Assembly (NCBI RefSeq): GCF_000237865.1
Contig: NC_017459.1
Coordinates: 568,990 to 608,989, forward strand
From: Haloquadratum walsbyi C23
GTDB taxonomy: Archaea > Halobacteriota > Halobacteria > Halobacteriales > Haloferacaceae
DNA: 40,000 nucleotides
Direction of reading: 5' to 3'
Shown piece by piece: positions 26,822 to 36,693 of the stretch; positions within the stretch are counted from its first letter, which is position 1; each line of letters starts with the position of its first letter. The notes under the pieces are model-generated. The model was not told where the DNA came from and did no database searches. It saw only the letters and a program-made list of their open reading frames with translations. A program made the position numbers and the translations under genes.

Positions 26822-28069
26822 ATGTCCAGGGAATTTTTACCATTGCTTTCCGAGTCATTGAGTATGCCACCTGCTCATGGGAATCGCCTGGGGACACCAG
26901 AAAGTCCAAACGCTACGACACTGCTGTTACTTGGAAGCGGAGAACTTGGAAAAGAGGTCGTCCTTGCAGCCCAACGATTGGGGATAGAAACGGTTGCTGT
27001 CGACCGATATGAACATGCACCAGCGATGCAGGTCGCACATCGGGACTACATAATTGATATGACCGATGCAACTGCACTCCGAGAGGTCGTCCAGCAAGAG
27101 GATCCCACAATTATTATTCCGGAAATCGAGGCTATTGCGACCGATGAGCTGAAACGATTAGAAACACAGGGCTACGATGTCGTACCGACGGCTCAGGCGA
27201 CTCGACTGACGATGGATCGTGAGTGGATCCGTGAATTTGCTGCTGAGGAAGTCGGTGTTACAACAAGTGAGTATGCCTTCGCTGATAATTATGACACATA
27301 CCGCAAAGCGGTCGAGGATATCGGGATCCCAGTCGTTGTCAAGCCCACGATGTCATCATCAGGGAAAGGACAATCAATTGTGCGTGAAAGCGCCGAAATC
27401 AATGGCGCTTGGGAGACCGCCCGAGCAGGATCACGGTCGGATACCGGTCGTGTCATTATTGAAGAACTTGTTGAGTTTGACTCCGAGTTCACACTCCTCA
27501 CAGTTCGTCATGCCGACGGAACGACATTCTGTCCCCCCGTCGGACATACACAACAAGACGGTGATTATCGAACAAGTTGGCAGCCACATTCATTGACAAC
27601 TGAACAACGAACAACCGCGCAGCAGATGGCTCAGAAAGTAACAGATGGGCTCGGTGGATATGGCATTTTTGGCGTCGAATTCTTTGTGCAGGATGGAACA
27701 GTGATCTTCAGCGAACTCTCACCACGACCACACGACACCGGATTAGTAACACTAAGCTCTCAGCGATTAAGCCAGTTTGATCTCCATCTGCGCGCCATTC
27801 TCGGTCTCCCGATACCTGACATCGATGTTGAGCGCCCAGGTGCAAGCGCAGCATTAGTCGTTGATGAACCACTTACCCGACCTGCGTTCACCGGAGTTGA
27901 TGAGGCGTTATCAATGTCTGACGTTGATATACGATTGTTCGGTAAGCCTGAGGCCTATCCTGGTCGACGAATGGGAGCTGCCGTTGCAACTGCTATCGAT
28001 ATTGAGATGGCACAAGAGCGGGCTTCAGAAGCCGTTGATTGTATTCACGTTAGTGATGATAAGACGTGA
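26822..28069 (+). CDS. purT: Formate-dependent phosphoribosylglycinamide formyltransferase (GAR transformylase 2)
   Basis: Near-collinear match to the remembered E. coli PurT: LLLGSGELGKEV, VDRYEHAPAMQVAH, IIPEIEAIATD, VVKPTMSSSGKGQS. TATAAAT at 26793..26799 ends 22 nt before ATG 26822. Alternative ATG at 26864. Confidence 0.95.
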   Translation: MSREFLPLLSESLSMPPAHGNRLGTPESPNATTLLLLGSGELGKEVVLAAQRLGIETVAVDRYEHAPAMQVAHRDYIIDMTDATALREVVQQEDPTIIIPEIEAIATDELKRLETQGYDVVPTAQATRLTMDREWIREFAAEEVGVTTSEYAFADNYDTYRKAVEDIGIPVVVKPTMSSSGKGQSIVRESAEINGAWETARAGSRSDTGRVIIEELVEFDSEFTLLTVRHADGTTFCPPVGHTQQDGDYRTSWQPHSLTTEQRTTAQQMAQKVTDGLGGYGIFGVEFFVQDGTVIFSELSPRPHDTGLVTLSSQRLSQFDLHLRAILGLPIPDIDVERPGASAALVVDEPLTRPAFTGVDEALSMSDVDIRLFGKPEAYPGRRMGAAVATAIDIEMAQERASEAVDCIHVSDDKT

Positions 28070-28189
28070 ATCGTCCGTGATTGCCTCCACAAAAATCGGC
28101 TTATTATATCTGAAATCTGTTGAATGAGAATTACCACCCAGATACCGAGCTTTATTATGGGTTTGTGGATCACCACTCATGATTGATGC

Positions 28190-29884
28190 TTACTCAGACA
28201 TCAAATCAGAGGTATCAATATGTGAGATAAGTTGTTCATGAACCGAACCATTGCTTGCAAGTAATGGTGTTCGCTGGTCAGTCGCATTGAAGCTCAATTC
28301 ATATGATGACCCATACTGATCCGTCGTTTTCCCACCAACCTCTCGGAGCAAACAGAGTCCAGCCGCAACATCCCACGGATGTGTGTCATGCTCCCAAACT
28401 GCATCGGCACTTCCAGACGCAACATATGCAAGATTGAGCGCAGCACTTCCTAATCGACGAACACCCTGTGTCTCATGATAAAACGCCTGCAAAAACTCAC
28501 CGCTAGGGTCATATCCAGAGAGTAACATGCTTTCATCAAGCTGACTTCTCGATGTTGGTTCTATTTTATGATCATTCTGGTATGCACCTCTTCCATCAAT
28601 AGCATAAAACATATCCGCGGGTTCTGGTGCGTATACAACACCGACAACCGGAATTCTATCCTTCAGCAGTGCAATTGAAATCGAGTAATTTGGGTTTCCA
28701 TGAGCGAAATTTCCAGTCCCATCGAGCGGGTCGATAATCCATGCATAGCCCTCTGTAGGGACAGTTTGATCATTTTCCTCAGATTGTACAATGTGATCAG
28801 GAAATTCACTATTGATGGCTGTTTCGATGATATCATTTGCTTGATAATCTGCTTCGGTGACGATATCTGACTTGTCAGTTTTATATTGAATATTCTCTAC
28901 TTGTCCATGAAGTTCCTGAAGTGGCTCACCAGCAGACCGAGCAGCTTCTCTCGCGACGCGCGCAGCGCGCTCTTTGAAATCTGATGATGTAATATTGTCT
29001 TCAAGCGCTGATCGGGGACCATCATTATCGACGGTTCGAAGACCCCAATCAAGTTTATCAACCATCGCAGTTATAAATGCATCATCATACGGTGTGCGGA
29101 CAGTCTGAACCGGTTGATTTGCACCAGAGATATGCACAACAGTATCTGATTCGAGTCGCTCGAACTGCCGCCCTCCATCAATGTCTATGTCAAAGTCAGA
29201 ATCGAGAACGATATCGATCTCTGAATCTTGACTGACAACTATCGGGTCGACTGCCGCGCTGATTGTCTCATGCGGAATTATCTGCAGCGTTCGGTTGTTT
29301 TGCGGATAATGGACTGGACCACCGTTCGAGTATGCTCGCCCAGTGCTTCCTGTTGGGGTTGAAACAATCAGCCCGCTGCCGAAGTATTTACCAACATACT
29401 CCTTATCGACAAATACATGTAGTGATCCAACCTTCGTCCCATAGCGGTCTTCTGGCGGATGTTTTTGTAAAAACATCTCATTGATACCTGTTGTGTTGAT
29501 ATCTCCGGCAGTGACCTCATACTGCTGTCTTGCGTTAATTGATGCTCGCCCACGGTAGACAGCTGTTAATGCATCCTCAACGTCAAGTGGCTCAACACGA
29601 GCTAAAAATGCTAATGTGCCAGAGTTGATTCCCATCAGTGGGATCTGGAATGGAGCAAACGACCGAGCGGCTTCCAGAAACGTTCCATCACCACCAATTG
29701 AAATTCCAAGTGTTGTTTTCTCTCGTTCGATATGCTCATCAGTTATATCTTCACCGACGTCAAGAACGGTCAATCCAATGTCATTCGATTTCGCCCATGA
29801 TTCGACCATATCTATAATCTTCGCACTTTCTGGTGCTGCCAGTCCAACGATCTCATCGAGCGTAGCAAGGCGTCTCCCGTGCAT
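28190..29884 (-). CDS. Bifunctional fusion: N-terminal NAD kinase, C-terminal inositol-monophosphatase-family phosphatase (564 aa)
   Basis: NADK motifs GGDGTFL, NSGTLAFL and GLIVSTPTGSTGRAYS. IMPase motifs WIIDPLDGTGNFAHG and WDVAAG. Confidence 0.9.
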   Translation of the reverse strand: MHGRRLATLDEIVGLAAPESAKIIDMVESWAKSNDIGLTVLDVGEDITDEHIEREKTTLGISIGGDGTFLEAARSFAPFQIPLMGINSGTLAFLARVEPLDVEDALTAVYRGRASINARQQYEVTAGDINTTGINEMFLQKHPPEDRYGTKVGSLHVFVDKEYVGKYFGSGLIVSTPTGSTGRAYSNGGPVHYPQNNRTLQIIPHETISAAVDPIVVSQDSEIDIVLDSDFDIDIDGGRQFERLESDTVVHISGANQPVQTVRTPYDDAFITAMVDKLDWGLRTVDNDGPRSALEDNITSSDFKERAARVAREAARSAGEPLQELHGQVENIQYKTDKSDIVTEADYQANDIIETAINSEFPDHIVQSEENDQTVPTEGYAWIIDPLDGTGNFAHGNPNYSISIALLKDRIPVVGVVYAPEPADMFYAIDGRGAYQNDHKIEPTSRSQLDESMLLSGYDPSGEFLQAFYHETQGVRRLGSAALNLAYVASGSADAVWEHDTHPWDVAAGLCLLREVGGKTTDQYGSSYELSFNATDQRTPLLASNGSVHEQLISHIDTSDLMSE

Positions 29885-30136
29885 AAAAATAATGACGGTT
29901 TATATCCCATTAACTTCATTGGATGTCTCCTACAATAATATGGACCTATACGAGAGCACTATGATATGCACATTGCGAACATACAGACCAGTACAGTATC
30001 ATATCCCACATTCGATAATAGATTATCAACATGCAGTATAGTATCATAGCACATTCAATCTTGATTCTGCCAAGCGCGATGAGTCATCTATACAGTTCAG
30101 GGCTACTCTCTTGTTGATGGCGCGTTCAACTGTAGT

Positions 30137-30538
30137 ATGGAGCGTCAGCGTGCCTCAACTGGCACAGAATGGGAAACACAGAATGGTTACTCACGAGCGC
30201 TTCGAGCCGGAAACACCATTTATATCGCTGGGACAACAGCAGTTGATCTAGACGGAAATGTTGTTGCCGAAGGAGACCCGTACGCTCAGACCCAACATAT
30301 TCTAGATATCATCGCGGATGCACTTGCGGACGTCGGTGCGAATCTTGACGATGTTGTGCGGACACGAATGTATATCACCGATATCGCTCATCAAGATGCT
30401 GTTGGGCGCGCACATGGTGAGATTTTTGCAGATATCCGACCAGCTGCGACCATGCTACAAATTGAGGGACTCGCCAAACCAGAACTTCTTGTAGAAATTG
30501 AAGCCGAAGCAAAACTAGAGGACATAAACGGATCTTGA
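30137..30538 (+). CDS. RidA/YjgF/TdcF-family (L-PSP) protein
   Basis: 133 aa. GNTIYIAGTTAVDLDGNVV, DDVVRTRMYITD, and IEAEA near the C-terminus are typical of the YjgF fold family. Confidence 0.85.
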   Translation: MERQRASTGTEWETQNGYSRALRAGNTIYIAGTTAVDLDGNVVAEGDPYAQTQHILDIIADALADVGANLDDVVRTRMYITDIAHQDAVGRAHGEIFADIRPAATMLQIEGLAKPELLVEIEAEAKLEDINGS

Positions 30539-30898
30539 TATCCATCACATGACGTGAAAACCGTGTAGTCCATCAAATGAACCCTCTCACGGTGATCCGG
30601 TTTGTCCCGATTCATAAGAACGAGAAATTGGATCTTCCTGACCAAATCGAAATAGAATCCCGGTGAGAATTGTCGTTTGCGTAAGAATGCAATTGTGCAA
30701 TCGTAGGTGATGATATCACTCCAGTATATCATGACTATCCGCACCGTGGTCGAATCGGATGAGAGAGGGTCGATATCACGGAAAACGGTATTTTAACACA
30801 TTCGACCCTGTTAAAATATCATCAAATATCGCCCATCGAACCGATACCAACACCATCGCTGGTCACGAACCTATTGGTAATTGTTTTAGCTGAATACA

Positions 30899-30983
30899 GG
30901 CGCTAAGCCCCCTCCCTCAAGGAGCACCGCAGTCCGCGCGAGCGGACAAGGAGCGCAGTAGGGAGGGAAGGGGATACAGCGCC
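30899..30983. other. 85-nt three-tier inverted repeat / stem-loop with GCGA tetraloop
   Basis: Outer stem GGCGCT (30899..30904) pairs with AGCGCC (30978..30983). Middle stem CCCCTCCCTC pairs with GGGAGGGAAGGGG (one bulged A). Inner stem GTCCGC-GCGA-GCGGAC (30932..30947). The direct repeat AAGGAGC (30919..30925, 30948..30954) forms a symmetric internal loop. Confidence 0.7.
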
Positions 30984-30995
30984 GTCATCATCTAG

Positions 30996-31406
30996 TTGTA
31001 CACTGTGCGTCGGCAGACTCGCCTATGTAAGCAGTTATATTGTCGGACACCGGACAAGAAAAGTAAGACGGGTGTTCCGATCTGTCGGCTTCGATTCGCT
31101 CGTCGTTCCATTCGGAACGACTCGCTCCGTGCGAGGCTGACGGACAGGGATAGCGTTCAAACGCGACAAGAAGCGTGCGTTGCCCCACGGAATCACCCCG
31201 TCGAGCAACTAGGAGTGGGACACCCCGAAGAAACGTCCCCAGAAATCGGAGATTTCTGGTTCTGGTGTGCGAACGGATCGCCCCGCGATTCGTCAACGCC
31301 TGTGGAGACTGCACTCCCTGTGGATACACCTGTATCTGCAAAGTATGTCGTAGAAGCAGGAAGCCCCGCCCTCAGCGAGGCCGTCAGGCCGAGCAGGGCG
31401 GGGTAG
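30996..31406 (+). pseudogene. Decayed 3' portion of an IS200/IS605-family (IS1341-type) tnpB gene with associated hairpins (region where omega-RNA is normally encoded)
   Basis: Residual translation ...LTDRDSV...VEQLGVGHPEET[20-aa insert]TPVETALPVDTPVSAKYVVEAGSPALSE matches, from memory, the conserved C-terminal tail of haloarchaeal IS1341-type TnpB (DRD of RuvC-III, LGVGH, TPVETA, SAKRVVExGSP). The zinc-finger cysteines are lost. Visibly more GC-rich than the flanks. Hairpins at 31102..31121, 31239..31259, 31269..31294 and 31364..31403. Confidence 0.55.
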
Positions 31407-31407
31407 T

Positions 31408-32640
31408 TCACGATGGTGCCATATCGATCCCAGATTCAGACATTCGCCAGACAGAGAATCCCCCTGCGACGCCAAGGCTGCCGGCAAACCAGAGTATTAT
31501 TACATAACTACCAGTGATTGCAACAAGTTCACCGGCGATGACAGGCGCGACAAATGACCCCAGCCAACCAGCAACACTCGCAATCGAGACGGCTGTGCCG
31601 GCAGCCTTTGGATCAACAAATTCCTGTGCTGACTGGTACAGTAGTCCAATTTGAAGTTGAATGACTACTCCCGCCAAAATGAGCATCATGACCAATATGG
31701 TGACGCTGATTGTGTAAAAAAGAGCAACCGTGACCACGATAGCACCAACAAACGATGCGGCGAAGATAGGTCGTCGACGCTGATTCAATACAACATCCGA
31801 GACCCATCCACCAACTGGTCGGGCAATAATACCAACAGCTGGGAATAAGGCAACAAATGTCCCGCTCTCCGCCAATGAAATATCAAACTGCTGGATAATA
31901 TATGTAGGCATCCATGAATTGAATACCATATATAATGAGTATGCAAGGACAGTAACAATAACAATAGACCAGATATTTCGATTAACAAACACCTGTCTGA
32001 ATTCAGCAAATGTAGGTGATTCAGCCGGCGTTTCAAACCGAGTGACATTCCCAACCGCAAAATAAAATACAACTGACGATACCAGAACCGCTGCGCCAAA
32101 GAGTGGAAACACGCCTGGCCAGCCGACGATTTCGGCAACACGGGGGGCGCTAAATTGCCCGAGCGCGTATCCTGCTGGGTATCCAGAGATAATCACCGAT
32201 GTTGCCGTTGCCCGTCGGGTTGGTGGAACAGTACTTGATGCAACATTGATACAAACAACCCATAAGACAAACATTCCAGCACCAGCGAACAGCCGCGAAG
32301 CAATGAGTAACAGTATGTTTCCTGCGCCGCCGGCAAACCAATCACCCACACTCCCGATAAGAAGTACAACAGCAGCGGCAGGGACAACGCCACGAGTTTG
32401 GACACGGTCGAGGTATAGCCCGACTGGTATGCCAACAACTGTTGCTGTAACCTGTGGCATCGAGACAAGGGCTGCAGCCGTGGCTTCGGTGATATCGAGG
32501 TCGTTCATAACTACTGTGAGAATACTCGCTGGAGTGATGAGATATGAGCCGACGAATAACAGCACCAGCCACCCAGTTGCGATGGTGACAACACGCCAGA
32601 ATATTATACTTGTCTTCTCTGTCGACTCAAAAACCTCCAT
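31408..32640 (-). CDS. MFS-family transporter (410 aa)
   Basis: About 12 TMs. MFS loop motif GIPVGLYLDRVQTRG (GxxxDRxGxR-like) between TM2 and TM3. Confidence 0.85.
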   Translation of the reverse strand: MEVFESTEKTSIIFWRVVTIATGWLVLLFVGSYLITPASILTVVMNDLDITEATAAALVSMPQVTATVVGIPVGLYLDRVQTRGVVPAAAVVLLIGSVGDWFAGGAGNILLLIASRLFAGAGMFVLWVVCINVASSTVPPTRRATATSVIISGYPAGYALGQFSAPRVAEIVGWPGVFPLFGAAVLVSSVVFYFAVGNVTRFETPAESPTFAEFRQVFVNRNIWSIVIVTVLAYSLYMVFNSWMPTYIIQQFDISLAESGTFVALFPAVGIIARPVGGWVSDVVLNQRRRPIFAASFVGAIVVTVALFYTISVTILVMMLILAGVVIQLQIGLLYQSAQEFVDPKAAGTAVSIASVAGWLGSFVAPVIAGELVAITGSYVIILWFAGSLGVAGGFSVWRMSESGIDMAPS

Positions 32641-32987
32641 ACTATTGTTGGATTGAGGTCTGAGGAAATTCTATCGATTCGGCGAATATACGGGGCAGTT
32701 GATGACTGGGAACTGGGAACTGAAGCCACCCCATGACTATTAACAGAAAGTCGCCTGCTGGAGCGAGAGTTCGGATATATTATCGACAGTCATCAATCCC
32801 GCTCCAGCATAGAACGAATGTCAGTGGTTCTTTGATGTTCAAAGGTGATAAAGAATAATCCAGCCCTAGTCTCAGCCTCAGTCAACCACAAGATCATCCA
32901 CCTCCACAGTATCGGGACGTAACACAATATCTAGCCGTCTTTGCTATTTATGCTACGACACGGATTCAGACTCGAATTCGACACACA

Positions 32988-33911
32988 TTATCCAAACTTT
33001 CCTGTGATATAATCCTCGACTCGTTCGCTCTGTGGGTTTTCGAAGACCTGATCGGTGTCACCGTACTCAACAAGCTCACCGCCGGTCAGAAACACTGCTG
33101 TCTGCTCTGATATCCGTGCAGCTTGTTGCATATTATGAGTAACAATAACAACCGTATACTCTTTGCTGAGTTCGGCAATAAGATCCTCAATCTTCGCGGT
33201 TGCAATCGGGTCCAGCGCCGACGCAGGCTCGTCCATCAGGATCACTTCCGGATCGACTGATAAACACCGAGCAATGCAGAGCCGTTGTTGTTGACCGCCC
33301 GAAAGGCCGAGAGCGTTGTCATCAAGACGGTCGTGAACCTCATCCCACAGCGCGGCGTCCCGAAGACACCGCTCAACCAGTTCCTCGCGTTGTTTTTCGT
33401 CACTGCGACCGAGTAACCTCGCGAGTACGCCGGTGTCAATATCGCCGTGTTTCTCCGGACCATATGCAATGTTTTCACGGATAGATTTCGGAAACGGGTT
33501 CGGTGACTGAAATACCATTCCAACCCGCTTTCGGAGTTCAACGAGGTTCACACCATCTTGATAGATCTCCTGACTATCAAGCGTAACCGACCCATCAATC
33601 CGCGCGCTTGACACGCGGTCATTCATCCGATTGAGACATCGAAGGAATGTCGATTTTCCACAACCGGAAGGACCAATAAGTGCGGTTACACTCTTTTCAG
33701 GAATTTCCATCGACACGCCTTCTAGCGCTTGGTCATCGCCGTAGTACACATCAAGATCGTCGACCCCAAGCTTTGTCGGGACGTCAAAAGAGTACTCACG
33801 CCACTCTTCGCGGACGTATTCATCGGTTTCGCCGGTCGTCGTTCCGACCATGCTGTCAGTACTATTGGTATCGTCGGTATCCTCGGTCGTAGTGTATGTA
33901 GTTTCACTCAT
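32988..33911 (-). CDS. pstB: Phosphate ABC transporter ATP-binding protein PstB
   Basis: From ATG 33911 (overlaps the pstA stop by 8 nt): acidic Thr/Asp-rich N-tail, Walker [10 protein letters not shown], signature LSGGQQQRL, Walker [12 protein letters not shown]. The ORF-track extension to 34190 lies inside pstA. Confidence 0.95.
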   Translation of the reverse strand: MSETTYTTTEDTDDTNSTDSMVGTTTGETDEYVREEWREYSFDVPTKLGVDDLDVYYGDDQALEGVSMEIPEKSVTALIGPSGCGKSTFLRCLNRMNDRVSSARIDGSVTLDSQEIYQDGVNLVELRKRVGMVFQSPNPFPKSIRENIAYGPEKHGDIDTGVLARLLGRSDEKQREELVERCLRDAALWDEVHDRLDDNALGLSGGQQQRLCIARCLSVDPEVILMDEPASALDPIATAKIEDLIAELSKEYTVVIVTHNMQQAARISEQTAVFLTGGELVEYGDTDQVFENPQSERVEDYITGKFG

Positions 33912-35511
33912 GTTGGAGCTTCCTCCGGAAGTAGTATCGCGCTCCGATTCCAACTGCGTAGAACGAAAGCACAATAAAGAGCAGGACGAATGCAGTCGCC
34001 CACTGGAACTGCTCGGGTGAACTGACGGTGTCGCCCAGTCCAACCCCTGCAGTAATAAGCGCATATAATTGGAAAGGCAGAGCGGTTGTTGCCTGAAGCA
34101 ACTCAGGATTCGCAACGAATGGTGGCGTTGCGGTGAACTGGAACCCACCGATGACATCAGCTGTCTGACCGCCTGGTACGAATGTCCCACCGGTCATCGT
34201 TAATAGAATAGGCGCAGTCTCACCTGCAATCCGACCCACACCAAGGATGACACCGGTCACGACGCCAGGCAATGCTGCCGGCACAACCACACTCCGAATC
34301 GTCTGCCATTTCGAGACTCCTAGCGCCGCGCTTGCGTCGCGGTACTCGTCAGGGACGGCGAGTATCGCCTCACGACTCGTGATCAGCACGAGCGGTAGTA
34401 GCATGAATCCGAGCGTCAGCATCCCCGAGATCAGCGACTTGTTGCCGCCGAACCGTGGCACTAAGAATGCAAACCCGAAGAGTCCGAAAACAATGCTTGG
34501 CGTGCTCCATAATCCATTTGTGGCTACCTCAACCACTTGAGTAAACCGACCGCGCTCGGCGTATTCGGTCAGGAAAACCGCTGCTCCAACGCCGAGGGGA
34601 ACCGCAAACAAGACCGCGCCAATCACAAGCCAGATTGTCCCGACAATCGCAGGCAGCACGCCCTGGAACTCGTTGAACAGTGACGCACCGTTCATGACGA
34701 ACGGCAGCGAGATTGGAAGTGTCACGCCAAATACTGTTGGACCGACCCCAAGACCAACTGTCGCGCCTGTGAATAAGCCTGGAACTCCCTTCAAAGTGGT
34801 AAACGCAATGAGAATAAACAGCACCCCAACAATGGAAGAGGCATTCAAGTAGATTAACAGATATGCTCCCATCCGCCGACCACGCGCGCCAAAGCCTCCG
34901 TATGTTTTCGCCGCAGCCCACCCAGTGAGAAGCGCACAAAACAGAGTCCCAACTGGGATCACAAACTCCGCGGTCAGCGACGCCTGCTGTTCCCAACTTA
35001 GCTCCCAGATCCATGCAGGACCGATTGTACCGGTGAGATATACAATACCTACAAACATGGTCACCGCGCCCGCTGGGAGCGTCGAGCCGATGTCCTCTCG
35101 TAGAACGGCTGTCACCGCGAATGCTGCCCCCCCAATAATAAGCGCGATAGGCAGCCATGTAATTCCGCCGACCCCGATTACCTGCGCCATGATCCCACCC
35201 AGGGCGAACCATACGAGCGAGAATGTCGCAGACGCAACGAGACCGGCGCTCGAGCTAGGCTGTGTCTCAACAACGCCTACGTATGACCCGATGCCAAAAC
35301 CAATCACGACACCACCGAGTAGAACCAATATTCCACCTAACAGTGTTACGGTCGAGATCCCAGCGACGGGATCGCTGATTGTGATAATCTCGAACAGTGC
35401 AGCTAGCGACAGTACGAACAATATCGCTGACAGTCCGATAGTGACCGCTGCGATTGCGTCCACCCCTGAGGTGTCGCGACCGATGAGCCGAGTTTCTGTC
35501 GCACCCGCCAT
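33904..35511 (-). CDS. pstA: Phosphate ABC transporter permease PstA with a long N-terminal multi-TM extension
   Basis: ATG 35511 shares one base with the pstC stop (TGATG); the track uses TTG 35514. The C-terminal half carries the permease core ([11 protein letters not shown]...[22 protein letters not shown]). Position in the pstS-C-A-B order supports the call. Confidence 0.85.
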   Translation of the reverse strand: MAGATETRLIGRDTSGVDAIAAVTIGLSAILFVLSLAALFEIITISDPVAGISTVTLLGGILVLLGGVVIGFGIGSYVGVVETQPSSSAGLVASATFSLVWFALGGIMAQVIGVGGITWLPIALIIGGAAFAVTAVLREDIGSTLPAGAVTMFVGIVYLTGTIGPAWIWELSWEQQASLTAEFVIPVGTLFCALLTGWAAAKTYGGFGARGRRMGAYLLIYLNASSIVGVLFILIAFTTLKGVPGLFTGATVGLGVGPTVFGVTLPISLPFVMNGASLFNEFQGVLPAIVGTIWLVIGAVLFAVPLGVGAAVFLTEYAERGRFTQVVEVATNGLWSTPSIVFGLFGFAFLVPRFGGNKSLISGMLTLGFMLLPLVLITSREAILAVPDEYRDASAALGVSKWQTIRSVVVPAALPGVVTGVILGVGRIAGETAPILLTMTGGTFVPGGQTADVIGGFQFTATPPFVANPELLQATTALPFQLYALITAGVGLGDTVSSPEQFQWATAFVLLFIVLSFYAVGIGARYYFRRKLQHE

Positions 35512-36635
35512 CAACTCTCACCCCCGAGTTTCCGTTGCATCTGCCACTCGATATACTGCGAGCCAATTGAAATGACGATGACAGTAATGAACAGGATTAC
35601 GCCTGCTGCGAACAGCGCGTCCATCTGGAGTCCGTCAGCCTCGCCATAGTTATTCGCAATCAATGAAGTAAGCGTAGCCTGACCATAAAACGCGTTATAT
35701 AGTGGTTTCGTTAACTGCGGGACACCCCGGAGCATAACCGTTGCCGCCATTGTCTCACCGATTGCCCGCCCGACTCCAAGCAAAACTGCCGCCGAAACCC
35801 CAGAGAAGGCAGCAGGCAGCGTAATCGAGGTCATCGTCTGCCAGTCGGTTGTCCCCATTGCCAACGACCCACTCTTCATCGACTCAGGGACACTATTGAG
35901 GGCATCCTCGGCGACCGACACAACCGTCGGCAACGCCATCAACCCAACAACGATTCCAACAAACAAGTACGACCCTTGACCGGTGATCTGAAATTGGTCG
36001 GCCGCCCATGGGCTTAGGATGGTGAACCCGATGAACCCATAAACGATCGAGGGAATGCCGGCGAGGATCTCAACGCCTGGCTTGACGAGTTCACGGACGG
36101 TTGTCGGCGCAATCTCTGAGAGAAAAAGCGCTGCTGAAACGCCAAGAGGTGCGGCTACCACTGTCGCAATCGTTGTCACCATAACTGTGCCGTGGATCAT
36201 TGGGACCATTGAGTATCGAATTGGTGGTGACACCGCATCCCACTGAACCTGTGTGAACATCCGGAGCCCTGGCACACTGACACCGAGAACACTCTGGCTT
36301 TCGTATTGAATCACGGGAACTGACTTCATGAAAATAAATAGCGTGATCAAAAGCAGGATCAAGATGGTTGAAACCGTCATCGAGAGTGTCAGCATCCGCG
36401 CAGTTAGTCCCTGATAGTTCAGCCACCCATAGCTAGCTGCGATGAGAAATATGCCGAAGGGAATAATGGTAAATGGCGATACAAGTAGGAATCCAACAAG
36501 CGCTGACACCAGCGCGATTGTCATAATACCAACTGTCGCAACAGCTAGCGGCTCCTGATCCCCGACAAAACTGGATAATCGTTGCCACCGATGCGTGAGC
36601 GCGTTACGCGCAGCGACAACTTGTGTTCCTATCAT
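35511..36635 (-). CDS. pstC: Phosphate ABC transporter permease PstC
   Basis: Polytopic. Permease core LFLSEIAPTTVRELVKP...SLAMGTTDWQTMTSITLPAA. Second gene of the pst operon. Confidence 0.85.
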   Translation of the reverse strand: MIGTQVVAARNALTHRWQRLSSFVGDQEPLAVATVGIMTIALVSALVGFLLVSPFTIIPFGIFLIAASYGWLNYQGLTARMLTLSMTVSTILILLLITLFIFMKSVPVIQYESQSVLGVSVPGLRMFTQVQWDAVSPPIRYSMVPMIHGTVMVTTIATVVAAPLGVSAALFLSEIAPTTVRELVKPGVEILAGIPSIVYGFIGFTILSPWAADQFQITGQGSYLFVGIVVGLMALPTVVSVAEDALNSVPESMKSGSLAMGTTDWQTMTSITLPAAFSGVSAAVLLGVGRAIGETMAATVMLRGVPQLTKPLYNAFYGQATLTSLIANNYGEADGLQMDALFAAGVILFITVIVISIGSQYIEWQMQRKLGGES

Positions 36636-36693
36636 AGTATGTTACGTATGGTTATGAACAAAAAACGGACGGAATATTATCGACGGACGGTAC

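Noticed and set aside
30391-30744. 117-aa minus-strand ORF
   Set aside because: Its 3' half is antisense to the RidA-family gene. The non-overlapping part is basic and hydrophobic with no recognisable motif; it is possibly a relic.
30899-31406. Possibility that the GC-rich structured region is RNase P RNA or SRP (7S) RNA
   Set aside because: I could not find the universal RNase P blocks (GAGGAAAGUCC, ACAGAANCCGGCUUA) or the SRP helix-8 GGAA-tetraloop/AGCA motif on either strand. The residual TnpB-tail reading frame explains the region better.
33912-34190. N-terminal extension of the pstB ORF 32988..34190
   Set aside because: It lies inside pstA in another frame. ATG 33911 gives the usual short overlap with the pstA stop.
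34529-35575. ORFs 34529..35212 (-) 227 aa and 34925..35575 (+) 216 aa
   Set aside because: These are alternative-frame or antisense ORFs within the GC-richer pstA gene. Their Arg/Trp/Cys- or Ser/Pro-rich composition is not protein-like.
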